DNA of 64,000 nt from the human T2T-CHM13v2.0 reference genome, Homo sapiens: NCBI RefSeq assembly GCF_009914755.1, contig NC_060929.1; one strand, given 5' to 3'. This document shows positions 39,716-51,829 of this stretch, in pieces. The notes under the pieces were generated by a model. It was given only the letters and a program-made list of their open reading frames with translations. It had not been told where the DNA came from and did no database searches. Made by a program: the position numbers and the translations under genes. Within the stretch, counting starts at the first letter, position 1; the number at the start of each line of letters is the position of its first letter.

Positions 39716-42354
39716 CTAACACATGCCTTCAGTGTTATTAACAGCTTATTATCAGTAATTACAAACATATTTGATTTTGTTGTTTTTTTTTTTAACTCCA
39801 GAGTGTCTCAAAATATCTTTGCTTTATGTCTAAGGAAACCATTTTTTCTTCTCTCTCCCCCTACTTCTTTCCAACTAGTATATCATTCTCCATTGTGTGG
39901 ACTCAGTGCTTTCAAGAAATATCCGTATTATTTGTTATTTGACATCATCCTTTAAACTGAAGAGTAAAGCAGTTTCTGAAAGTAGTCTTCACTGGGAATG
40001 TATCTAGCAGCTTTAATAGTCAATAGCGATTAGCCTATATTGCTCACTTGATGAGCTAATGATTGCAGGCCTTACTAGCGACAGTGATCGCACTTCAGTT
40101 ATCTACTGTTACAGTTACACTACTAAATGCTGATAACTATCATCAGCTGGTTGCCTTTTACTTAGCACTGAACCAGTCTAGTTAGATGGTGTTTAGGATC
40201 CTCAGCTTCTGCAAGTCTGAAAGTATTGTTTCTGAGAGTGAATTTATAGCACAGTTTATTAATTCCTAAATGAGGAATTTTCGGTGTTTTCTTTAAAGTA
40301 GATTGTAATATTGAATAATATTTAATGATGCAGTGGAAATTTATTTTGTTTCATTTGTACAGTTTTATAAAATACCTTTCTTAAAAACTCAAATTTTCAG
40401 TTTCTGTAAAGATTGATATCAGTGATATCTTTAGGAAATGTTTGGAGAAAGTTTATTACAGAAGTTGGCATAATCTGTATCTAGCTCTTGTGACTTTAGA
40501 GCAGTATTTTGAAAATTTGTACTCATGATTTCCATTTGTAGAAATTTTCCAAAGTATGCTTAATAGATTGTTCATACAAATATTGCTTAAAAGAAATGCA
40601 TTAAGTAGAAACCTTTTTATAAAAACTAAAGTTTGCTGGAGGTATTCTCTCTCCTTTCCATTCTGTCTCTTAAGCCAGCCCAAAGACATAGTTTCTATAG
40701 GGTTCTTGTGTCTGTAGAAATAGGTATATGATTTAACAGCTAAGGAGCTAGCAAATATTAATTCTGTAAGACCCTGTGCCTATTTATGAAGAAATAATCT
40801 TTGACATGCTAAATTCCCTTTTATATTCTAAAAAAAAAAAATTTAATGAAACCCTTCTTTACAAGGGCCTGATGTGAAATTAAGAGTATGAATACCTACT
40901 AGTATTACACCACCAATAAAATGGGTTTTTTAATATGGATCTCTCTGTCTTGCCTATAAAAATATTAGCGTTTTCTGGCTGTAATGTATCAATTTTTAAA
41001 AATTCTCTTTTAAACTTATTACAAATTATAGTACAAAGAGAACTAATATCAAAACCCTGAATAAGCCTTAACCTTTCAAAGCTTGGTTCATTCGCTTTTA
41101 AAATAAAGAAACCAATTTCCCTCCTACTTTATACAGTTATAAAGACAAAAATGAATGTTGTTATAGTAAAAGCTAAAGTATGTCTGATTTTTTTATATAA
41201 AGGAAAGTACAGTCATTCAATTTCTAATTGAATTGAATTTATCTAATGAAGAAAGTAATTTTTTAAAATAAATCTTTTTATGTATCTGTACTTTATATTC
41301 AGTGTAGATTTAAAGATATTACTGCCACAATTTATTTTTCTCACCGTGTATACATATCAAGGAAAGAATCATTTGATCCCTGCCCCCTACTTTTCTGTAA
41401 TGAGTAGTAAGTTGTTACTTACATAATGAGTAGTAAATTGTCATTTACATGCAGTATTGAAAATTTTTTTTTGCCCCCACTTACCTCTAATTGAAGTTGA
41501 AGATCCATTTGGTGCTTCTGTGTTATATGGGTAGGTTAGTGGAAGAATTGTCACTGAACTATTCCATTATGCCTGCCCAAGTTTTTTTTTTTTTTTTTTT
41601 AGGATTTATAAAATTTGGAGGTTTATGTGAGGCTCTTAGTTTTGTTTCTGAACGTGACTTGTTTCCATTGACCAAAGCTTCACTTCAGTCCCAAAGATTT
41701 TATTAGTTTACGTGATTTATTTCTATCTCAGAGTTGTTTTCCTGTTTTAAAAAGAAAACAGAACACATTGTTAGTTATCAAATCAATGATTCTTTTAAGT
41801 TTTTTGATGATTTCTGGTTTTAATAATCTGGCAAGTGCTAATTTGAGTGATTTATAATGGAAATCAAAGATTGCTTAAATGTAGCATATCTAGGAGTAAA
41901 TGTATTCTTTAGCCATATTAAAGCCAGAGTATAGAGTGCACTGTATCTAATGGAATATATGTACAGAAGCTGAAAATTTGATATCTCACAAAATTGTGAC
42001 TAAATGACATTATTCATCAAGCCAGTAACATAAAGTTTTATGGGAATTCAGACATGCTGATTTAAAGAATAAAGTAGTTAGGACAAAAGAAATTAGGTGA
42101 GAGATAATCATAAAGCACTAGTAATCTGAAGTTTTAGGAACAAATAACTTGGCAAGCAACAATAATCCCTAAAATCATCAATCCCTAAAATACATCATCA
42201 TATACTAAGAGATAGCAAGACTTTATGTTTGCATTTAATGGATTATTAACTAATTCAGGGGAAATAACATAACCAATTATGTCATACAGATAATTTTAAG
42301 TACTTGCTGTTTATTCATTTCTGTTAAACTGAGTTAGTTATCCAGATCAGGATC

Positions 42355-42475
42355 CTTTTGTTTTTTTAAAGACAGGGTCTCATTCTCTTACCCAGGCTGA
42401 AGTACGGTGGTGCTAATATAGCTCACTGCAACCTGGAACTCCTGAGCTGAAATGATCCTCCCATCTCAGCCTCCA
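42355..42475 (-). mobile_element. Alu fragment
   Basis: gacagggtctcattct...gctcactgcaacc...gatcctcccatctcagcctcc. Confidence 0.75.
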
Positions 42476-42501
42476 AATGGCTGAGTTATCCAGATCCTTG
42501 A

Positions 42502-42876
<375 letters not shown>

Positions 42877-45457
42877 CCTTTATTTCTTATCTTTGTAATC
42901 AAGCAACCTGGCGGAGTCCATTTATAAAGAGCTTCATGAAATGGAAGAAAGGATGTGGTTAATTCAGAAAATGTGTGAAACCTGTGGAATAGACAATTCT
43001 GTTCAAAATGAAACAGCGTTCACTTTTGGAGGATGATACATGTAGAGACATTGATTCCTGGATTTTTTTTCTTTAAAGTTGGAGCACCTTCAGAAATAAA
43101 ACATTTGGCCTTTGAATTACATTGTTTAAACTTTCAAAGTTTTACAGAAGTTAAAATGATCTAGAGGATACTAGAGAGGTCTTAATTGATAGTATTCTTG
43201 TTAATGTAGGGAATAAGAAAGGGTAAACTACTGTTGATAAATGTTGATACCTGCTTTATTGGATATAAGGCATAGGTTATCTGTGTTTGGCTATTGTGAG
43301 TAATTTTTTTAAAAAGAAGGAGCAGAGTCCTTGCTCTGGGAACATAATCCATTGCAGAGAGAGCACAAGAACTAGTACATATTTTAACCTTTGATTATTG
43401 TGTTAATTAACAAGGAAAATATTAATTCTGGGATATTAGTGTTGAGTCAGTGTGTCTGTGATGTGAACTTAATCTAAGCAAAACACTTAGGTACATTTGC
43501 TTTAAAAAAAAAAATCCCGTGATGGATGAAAGGCCAAATACTTTGGGTTATCTGTATTTATAAACCTATGAAGATTATAATGTTTCCAATATACTGCAAA
43601 AAAAAAAATTTGTATTCTTAGAAATTTTGGAAATGTACTCATTTGTCTATCAAATACAGCAACTCAGGAACTATCCAGGAAGTACATCTGTAAGTGGACA
43701 TGAGAAATTGTGAACCAGAGTTAGGCAATCAAGAAGCATCTATTGACTATCCATATATATGTACTCAATATTATGTAGGTCATGTGGAAAAGGGAAGATG
43801 TATACTCTAAAACATGATTTTCCATCAAAAAGACACATATTAAAGTAGAGATATTCAAAGACTTTATAGTGAGGTGCAGAACGTGTTCAGTTTGGGGCTG
43901 AAAATATGCAATGCAAAGCTAAAGTTGACTTCTTTTACTTCTACCAGTATTCTAAAAAAGAGGGCCCTCACTGATAAAACTTAACTAGTTAAATTAAGAA
44001 AGCCAATACAGAGAAATATTACCTGATTTCAAAATGACACAGAAGTTAAACTCAACGTTAGTTAGAATTCTTAGCAATGAAGTCTTTGGGATATTACCAG
44101 TCATGAGTATTTCATGTTTGTTGGGTAAAATTGTTCCTATGCATGTCCTTAGAAGAACAGAAGCCTAAAAGTTACTGAAATAACTCCTTTGTGATACTGA
44201 ATAAAAGTTTCAGAAGAATAAAAAAAGGGTTATTCTTTCATTAAGATTAATATTTTATATCTCCATCTTGAGTTATTTGATTGTATCGTCTTAATATTCT
44301 TGATAGCTATTTACTTTTCTGTCATGATTTTTATTCTTTACGTAAGCACTATTATCATTTGCATGTTATAAAGGATAGTGTTAATGTTGATTGTAAGTTA
44401 CTAATATTTCCTGCTATAAACCACAAAGGTACTCTTTGCTTCCAATTCATAAAATTTATCAGGTAAGATTTTTCTTTTTATACTTCCACTCAAAGTAAGT
44501 AAAGGAAGCTAAAATTGCCATCTTTAGTAATCATTAAGGACAAATTATCCGAATAAGTAGCTTTTGCTACTTCTACTTTATTTTTTAAACTATCAGGAAG
44601 ATAGTCCCAGTTTATTTCTTCATAAGAACTATTTGTGTATGTGTTTGTGTGTATGTGTGTAGGATTAAGTAGTATAATGGCTCTTATTGTCTTGTCTTCT
44701 TTTTTATTGCCTTGACTCTTGTGGGAAGATATGAACTTGAATTTCTAACTTGAAATGTACTTTTCAGTTACAGACATTTATATTTTAAAAGATTTGTCAT
44801 CTATTTATCCTGTGTTACATGTTTCTCTCGTCTTCAGTTAAATTGTATATATTGATTTGTCTGTTTGAAGAAGTTCTCCGTAATGCTAAAGGCATTACCA
44901 TGCCCTCAAATAGACAGTAATAGGTAAAAGCATATGTATAGCTCTTGTCTCAGCCACCATACACAACTGCCAAGATCATAGAGAAGGAGGAGGAGTGGTA
45001 AGTGTCTTCCAACACTTCTCACTTGTATTGAGGGGTAACATTAGATTCAAACTACTTCAGACCTACACAAAACAAAATTTATGTACTACCAAGAATGTCA
45101 AGTGTACCTCTTACCACAAATCCACTTGCTAATGTCAGTGAATCTCTAGTTTCAGAAAGTTTTTAGTCAGTGCAAATTGAAGGCATTATATCAAAAATGT
45201 ATTATATAATTACCCTTCATTTTTATGGTGGTGTCATGTTTTTAAAGTCATTACATAATTATATGTATATATGTACACATACATATATATTAACTATATT
45301 GTCACTTTAGGGTTAAGAGTATTATAGTTGTGTTTTATTAAAATAAACAGTTGATTTAGAAAACAAATACTAATATTTTTATTATGCTAACTTAGTTAAA
45401 ATTTTCCTTTTATCTTCAGATTTACATTTTTTTTTTAAATTTACCTTTCATTAATAG

Positions 45458-45640
45458 GTAGTATAGATCAATCAGTGTTAAAAGAATTACCCCCTGAACT
45501 CCTGGCAGAAATTGAGTCCACCATGCCACTTTGTGAACGTGTGAAAATGAACAAACGCAAGCGTAGCACAGTTAATGAAAAGCCAAAATATGCTGAAATC
45601 AGTTCAGATGAAGATAATGATAGTGATGAAGCTTTTGAAT
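45458..45640 (+). CDS. NIPBL: NIPBL exon 11 (183 nt)
   Basis: ttaatag|GTAGTA...GAAT|gtaagt; SIDQSVLKELPPELLAEIESTMPLCERVKMNKRKRS...DEAFE. Confidence 0.97.
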
Positions 45641-45884
45641 GTAAGTATCACAGAACTCTTTGTTATTATTTTAGAGTTTAAAAGCAGGTTGATGTGTTTT
45701 TCTCATTTATAATTTGGGGGTTTAGCAAAAGCACAGTCACCTTAATTCTTAATAACACAGTATAGTAAGTTTTTTTCTCTATACTTTAAAAATGCGTGAA
45801 AGATGAGATCAGTTGGCACCAAGAAAAAAATATTAAATAAGCTACAATTAATTTTAAAACACAGGTAGGTATGTGTCTGTATGC

Positions 45885-46180
45885 ATTCAGCAAACATTTA
45901 TTGAGCTCCTATTATATGCTAGACACTGAGAGTAAAAATGCAAATAAGATATGGCCCCTGTCTTCAAAGAGCCTTCAGTCTAATGGGGGAAATATGTAAA
46001 TAAATAATTGCAGTATGCTGATAAAAGTACAATGATAACAGTAAATCCAGGGTGCTATGGGAACACATTGGATTGGCATCAAAATCAGAGTGGGGGCTCA
46101 GGGAATGCTTACTGGAAGAGGTGACACTTGAGTTGAGTCTTGAAGGACACGTAGGAGATAGCCAGATGAAGAAATATTTA
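45885..46180 (-). mobile_element. L2 LINE 3' remnant
   Basis: cattcagcaaacatttattgagctcctattatatgctagacactg...cccctgtcttcaaagagccttcagtctaatggggga. Confidence 0.7.
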
Positions 46181-48364
46181 AAACCATACTATCACTAAAT
46201 TATGAATGGATTAGCCACATTGCAGATTATCTGTGTGGTTTGGACCTGGCTTCTCCTTTTTGCCCAGCTGTGTCCTGGAATTCCTCCCTTGTTTCACTGT
46301 TTTCCAGAGCTGGCTTCTTCACTACACAGCTACCTCTCTACAACACTGTGATCACCTGTCTTTGCACTAGACTTGCTATACCTCGCCTGTCTTCCTACTG
46401 GTCCACTGAAAAAGTTCTTCTCTTTTATCCCTATCTTCCTTCTTCTGGAGCAAGAGAATTGAGCCTAGCCAAGAGGGGTCAGCAACCTTGTTTGACTTAA
46501 ACGGCATTCAGTGGAAACAGACTATGGGAGATCTTCACTTGTGTGCCAACTGACTTAGTCATAATGACCAAAAGAAGTGGGAAGACCACCAGTGTTCTAC
46601 TTTTTCCACCTAGTGTCCATAGATTGAGGTGTGACAAGCAAGGGCAGGAAGGACAGATGCATGCTGCCATTTTTAAATGTATATTGCTGATGGAAGCCCT
46701 TCACCTCCTCCAAAGTTTTTAATGTTAATTTACTGATTTTTTTTTAATTGTGAGCTCTTGAGCTATGAGCAGTAGACTATGAATACTGAACAAATCTGAA
46801 AAAAGTTTTAAAATTGAAATAAAATATACAGCAAACTTAACATTTAATCATGTATAATTGTTATAATTGTATTATGAAATGTATTGACACACAGTATATT
46901 AAAATGGCTAAAGTTAATTTTTTTTATTACAATCAGATATTTTGGTCATATGGGGACGTGGTTAGCTCTGGAAGATGAGAAGATAAAAGAAACATGGGGC
47001 CCAGGAACTCATTCCCTTTAATATACATGCCTTACCACTCTGCCTCTTTCCCTCTAATAAACATATCACCCATATCTAGAACAGCCGAGAAGGAGGAGTC
47101 CCTGAATTCCAGTTTGATTTCAAATGACATTTCAAATCCAGTTGACTGAAAGTGACTGCCTCCATTACTAAATTGCAAAGATTTCTGAAGCTGTCTCACA
47201 GTTAAGTGGAAAGGATAACATAATCAAAAATTTCCACCAAGTGTAAAATAGTGGAGAGTAGAGCCACACATCCCTCATGTTTGTCACCAATGCAGCCACC
47301 ATTCTTTTCCCCTTGCTTTCTATCATGAAAGCTATTGTCTCATCTTATGGAGGCACATAGCTTCGTTATAAAGCCATGGACCCTGTTATATCTATGCCCA
47401 ACTATATCGAAAGGTAATATTTATTTTAAAGAACCTAAGCTTCACACACTGCTAGAAGAAAGGAAAGTTTCTCTGGATTTTTAAAGAGATGTCAGGAGTA
47501 GCTTCCTGTTTTTCTTCACTTATTTCTATACAAGTAACTATAGAAAAGTGGACACTGGAGGCACCGATTTGAATGGTGAAAGAAGTCCAAATGATTGTTC
47601 ACATAAACAACCAAATGGTCACACCACAACAGAAACAGTGTATTGAAAATATAGCACAATACAAAATGTGAAACTATTATGAGAACGTTAAGTTGCAAGC
47701 ATTATGCTGCTGAGAGAGAGAAAAAAAAATTTTTGAAACTTAGCAGTTTAATCAAATTGGTTTCTCAAAATCTAAAACCAAGGAAATAGTTTTGTTGAAG
47801 GTTAGGGGAAAATGTTGAAGGATAATTTTGAAAGTTGGGGTACACAGATTTGGATGGCCATAGCACAAATATAAGGTCACTGGGTGCCTGGGGAAAATGG
47901 AGAGAGGGGTGATGTAAGAAGCTCAAGAGATACATAGGTGAAATTTGGAAAGAGAAGATAGAGAACACCCAAGTCATGTTTTACGTACCTCTCTTTTGAG
48001 TCCTTTCCCCTCCCCTGCTTATTCCAGGGTAATGAGAGAAATGGAGAAAGAATAAGCTAACCACAATGAGTTGGTATCCTAATAACCTCATTATAACACA
48101 ATGTGTTATGGAAGTTGTTTTTTTTTTAATTTGTCACCCCATTTTTATCTAAATTGTCTAAAATTTGATGAATGTGAAATAAAGATTTACAAGATCTGTG
48201 GATAGTTACCACCAATACAGCATATTCTATGTAATTACAAACCACTATAAGATTCTTCAAGCATTTTCTACTCATAGGATTGAATGCTTGAAACAGATTT
48301 GTTATGAAATTAATTAAAATGTACAAAGACTAAAGCAGGTCATATTCAAGGTTGTAAAATACTA

Positions 48365-48520
<156 letters not shown>

Positions 48521-49079
48521 TTATTAGTTGTCATCCCTTGTAATGTAGGCATTTCAGTACTTGTGAAAAAAACATCTAAGGAATTATATATAGAAATGAC
48601 CTGTTTCTCTGTCACACATACACACACCCTACTTATATTAGTGTATGAAACAAGTTGTCACTAAAGGAATGTACTAGAGCATACTGTAATCATAAAAGAG
48701 GAACAGTCCTATCACTCTTCACATACGTCATAACCAAATTCATACCTAATTATGAAGAAAATCTCAGATATTTATATCCATTTACATTTGTGCTTTACAT
48801 GAACCTTTTTGCTATCCAAGCCTGTGACTGTAAAGAAGAGGAAACAAAATGACCTTTTCCTGCCATGTTGTCCATAGATTAGCTAGAAGAGTCCAGAACC
48901 AGAAACCAACCTAGATTCTTGAACAGGAGTAGTTAGGGTAGCATTTAAGAATAAGATTAGACAGAGTATAGACATTTATTACCCACACATGAAGACACTG
49001 GCACAAGCATAGAGTGCCTGGGCCAGAGGTTGGCATCCTTACATCTAAGCCAAGTAGGGGACTTAAGCAAAACATTTGT

Positions 49080-49223
49080 CTTAAGTATTTGTGTATTTAT
49101 CATAGTTAGGGATTCAGAAAAGAGCAGTTGCTAGTCAAATAACAGACTAGAAAGTTTATCATTGTCAGCAACAAGTGATCACAACAACAACCAGTATATG
49201 ATTTCAAGGTAGGACACATCACT
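49080..49223 (+). repeat. Copy A of perfect 144-bp inverted duplication (intron 11)
   Basis: Base-by-base reverse complement of 50991-51134, 144/144. Confidence 0.97.
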
Positions 49224-50208
49224 TCTCTGCCCTGGTTTTAACTTGGTGGTACCTACTGCATCCTAGAACAGACATGGTAAATATTTGTCACTTATAGTGC
49301 CCCCCAGCTCTTACTGCAGACATTTCTAATCAGTCTTTCTTGCTGAACTATGATGCTTTCTCAGGGCTTGGGGTTATTTTCAGCATAATGTTCTAGGCAG
49401 CTATTGCCAGTTGATGAGAGTTGATGTGTTAGATGAAATCTGTTTGCCAGGTCTGCCTAAAGGCTCCTGTCAGTACGGGTGATTTTAGCAGAATGCTAAA
49501 ATGATGGGGAAAAGATTGAAGGTAACATACATAATCATGCTTATGAAGCGTGCATAAGCTTAGAAACTTTTCTTGGGTTTAAGCAAGACTTTTGTTGAAG
49601 AACTGAATTCATTATGTGAGTATTTACAACTGTACAGGTTTTTTCTGTCTCAGTAGGCTTGTCATGTTAGGTCACCAGGGCTTATGGAATTTATCGCTGA
49701 GTTGTGGGTTTAACTTAGCTATTAATTGATGATGTACATGGTTACCCATATTCTGTAACACTTTCTCAAAAGTTGACTTTTCCTCCAAACCCTGCTCCCC
49801 ATCAGTAATCTAAGTGCTTTAAGGTGGTTCTGTTTTTCATCTAATTCCTAAATATAGTTTGTTTTACAGCCTCAATTAATCTTGAAGTTTAGGTATAACC
49901 CTTACTGACTTACTGAATAACTGTCCTTGAAGTGAACACTGTAGTTTAATTTCAAGAACCTTCCTCTCTGTATTTATTAGCAGTAAACACTGAGTTCATG
50001 TAAAGATCTTTAAATCTGGGTAGATTGTGCTAAAATTAGTGATACTTTTTCTATATCATAACTTAAACTTCTGGATAGACAAAATCACTGAATTTCCTAG
50101 ACCCTATGGAATGAAGATTTTTTTCCCCATGTGATTCATTTGTAAAGTACAAGTTTTAATCATCTTTTTAAATGAGGTAAATTATTTGTCATGGGGATTT
50201 GCTTCTAG

Positions 50209-50406
50209 CCTCTAGGAAACGACATAAAAAAGATGATGATAAAGCTTGGGAATATGAAGAGCGTGACAGAAGAAGCTCTGGGGATCATAGGAGAAGTGGC
50301 CACTCTCATGAAGGAAGAAGGAGTTCAGGTGGTGGTCGTTATCGAAACCGAAGTCCGTCAGATTCTGACATGGAAGATTATTCTCCTCCTCCCAGCCTTA
50401 GTGAGG
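50209..50406 (+). CDS. NIPBL: NIPBL exon 12 (198 nt), basic/RS-rich
   Basis: gcttctag|CCTCTAGG...GAGG|gtaatt; SRKRHKKDDDKAWEYEERDRRSSG...PPPSLSE. Confidence 0.96.
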
Positions 50407-50652
50407 GTAATTCATCAGTGTCAACGGATTTCTTACATAAACCAATTTAAATTTAGGGCTTTAACTTTGAAGAATATTTTATATCTTTTTATGAGTTAAT
50501 AACTAATTTTCAATTAAGACAAAAATACTTAGTTTCTATGTGCAGTGATTATCGTTTAAGTCTTTAACGTTCAGGAAAAAAACTAGAAACAAAAATGGAA
50601 TTATTTTAAGTTGTCAGTCCTGCATTTCAGTACTTCTTTTTGTTCGTTTTAG

Positions 50653-50724
50653 TTGCTAGGAAAATGAAGAAAAAAGAAAAACAGAAGAAAAGGAAAGCAT
50701 ATGAACCAAAACTAACACCTGAAG
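50653..50724 (+). CDS. NIPBL: NIPBL exon 13 (72 nt)
   Basis: cgttttag|TTGCTAGG...GAAG|gtaaca; ARKMKKKEKQKKRKAYEPKLTPE. Confidence 0.96.
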
Positions 50725-50824
50725 GTAACACGTTAGTTTATTTAATTTGTCTTTATTCATATTCTTCAGCTTCACATGTCTACTTGTAATGTGAGAATAA
50801 TGAATATATTTTTCTCTCTTGCAG

Positions 50825-50914
50825 AAATGATGGACTCTTCAACTTTTAAGAGATTCACAGCCTCAATAGAGAATATTTTGGATAATTTGGAAGATATGGA
50901 TTTTACTGCGTTTG
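50825..50914 (+). CDS. NIPBL: NIPBL exon 14 (90 nt)
   Basis: ctcttgcag|AAATG...TTTG|gtaaaa; MMDSSTFKRFTASIENILDNLEDMDFTAF. Confidence 0.96.
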
Positions 50915-50990
50915 GTAAAATCAACTTAAAATACATTTACACATACTCTAAGTGTCTTAACTGTATCCTCTAGAGTAACTCAGTTACTCT

Positions 50991-51134
50991 AGTGATGTGT
51001 CCTACCTTGAAATCATATACTGGTTGTTGTTGTGATCACTTGTTGCTGACAATGATAAACTTTCTAGTCTGTTATTTGACTAGCAACTGCTCTTTTCTGA
51101 ATCCCTAACTATGATAAATACACAAATACTTAAG
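50991..51134 (-). repeat. Copy B of perfect 144-bp inverted duplication (intron 14)
   Basis: agtgatgtgtcctaccttgaaatc...atacacaaatacttaag equals the reverse complement of 49080-49223. Confidence 0.97.
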
Positions 51135-51829
51135 GCTTAACTCAGTTACTCTAGAGGATACAGAGGCATACTCTGTGCTATCAAGAAACTTGAAATCTAG
51201 TTGTAAAGTCAAATCTAGTCTGTTACCAAGAAATTAAAAACTTTAGTACAAAACTCAAGTATATATTAATCAAGTCTGGATAGTATCTAAAGAATCATGA
51301 GTAAGTGAGAGTAATTTAAAAAGTCTTTATGCAGGTGAGGAGGCTTGAAAAGGCCCTGTATAATGAAGGTACTGATAGGAGCATATATGCAGAAATAAGC
51401 ATCTATTCTTCTGTTCATTTATTCTAATGACCAATATTTATTGAATACTTACTGTATGCCAGTAGTATGTTAAGTGCTGGAGATGTAAAAATAACTAAAA
51501 CCCAAACACCTGGCTTTAGGGAATACAGATTCTAATATGGAAAACAAAATAGTAAACCAGTTAGAATACAGTAGGATTAATGTTATATTCATGTATTACT
51601 TTTACAATGACATAAAGATTACATCTATAAATATTAAAATGTTTATAAAAACACTGCTTGCAATGTATAGAGCTATTCTTAACAATCTTATGCCACCTTC
51701 AGCTGGTAAAGTAAGTATTTGTTTTGTGAGAATTACTTGCCTGAGTATCATTGTGTTTGCTGATTATTTAGAATGTCAGTTTCATCTTTTTTAAAACTTT
51801 ACAGTTCTGTGCTGAGAAATTGTCTTCTG

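Noticed and set aside
44347-44462. Strong donor CAG|gtaaga at 44462 with a possible 116-nt exon
   Set aside because: The upstream acceptor candidate is a weak AAG; lone donor matches are common in introns
50961-51163. 26-bp terminal inverted repeats suggesting a 203-bp MITE
   Set aside because: No TSD outside the arms, and the interior is an exact copy of local intron 11 sequence; a templated insertion explains it better
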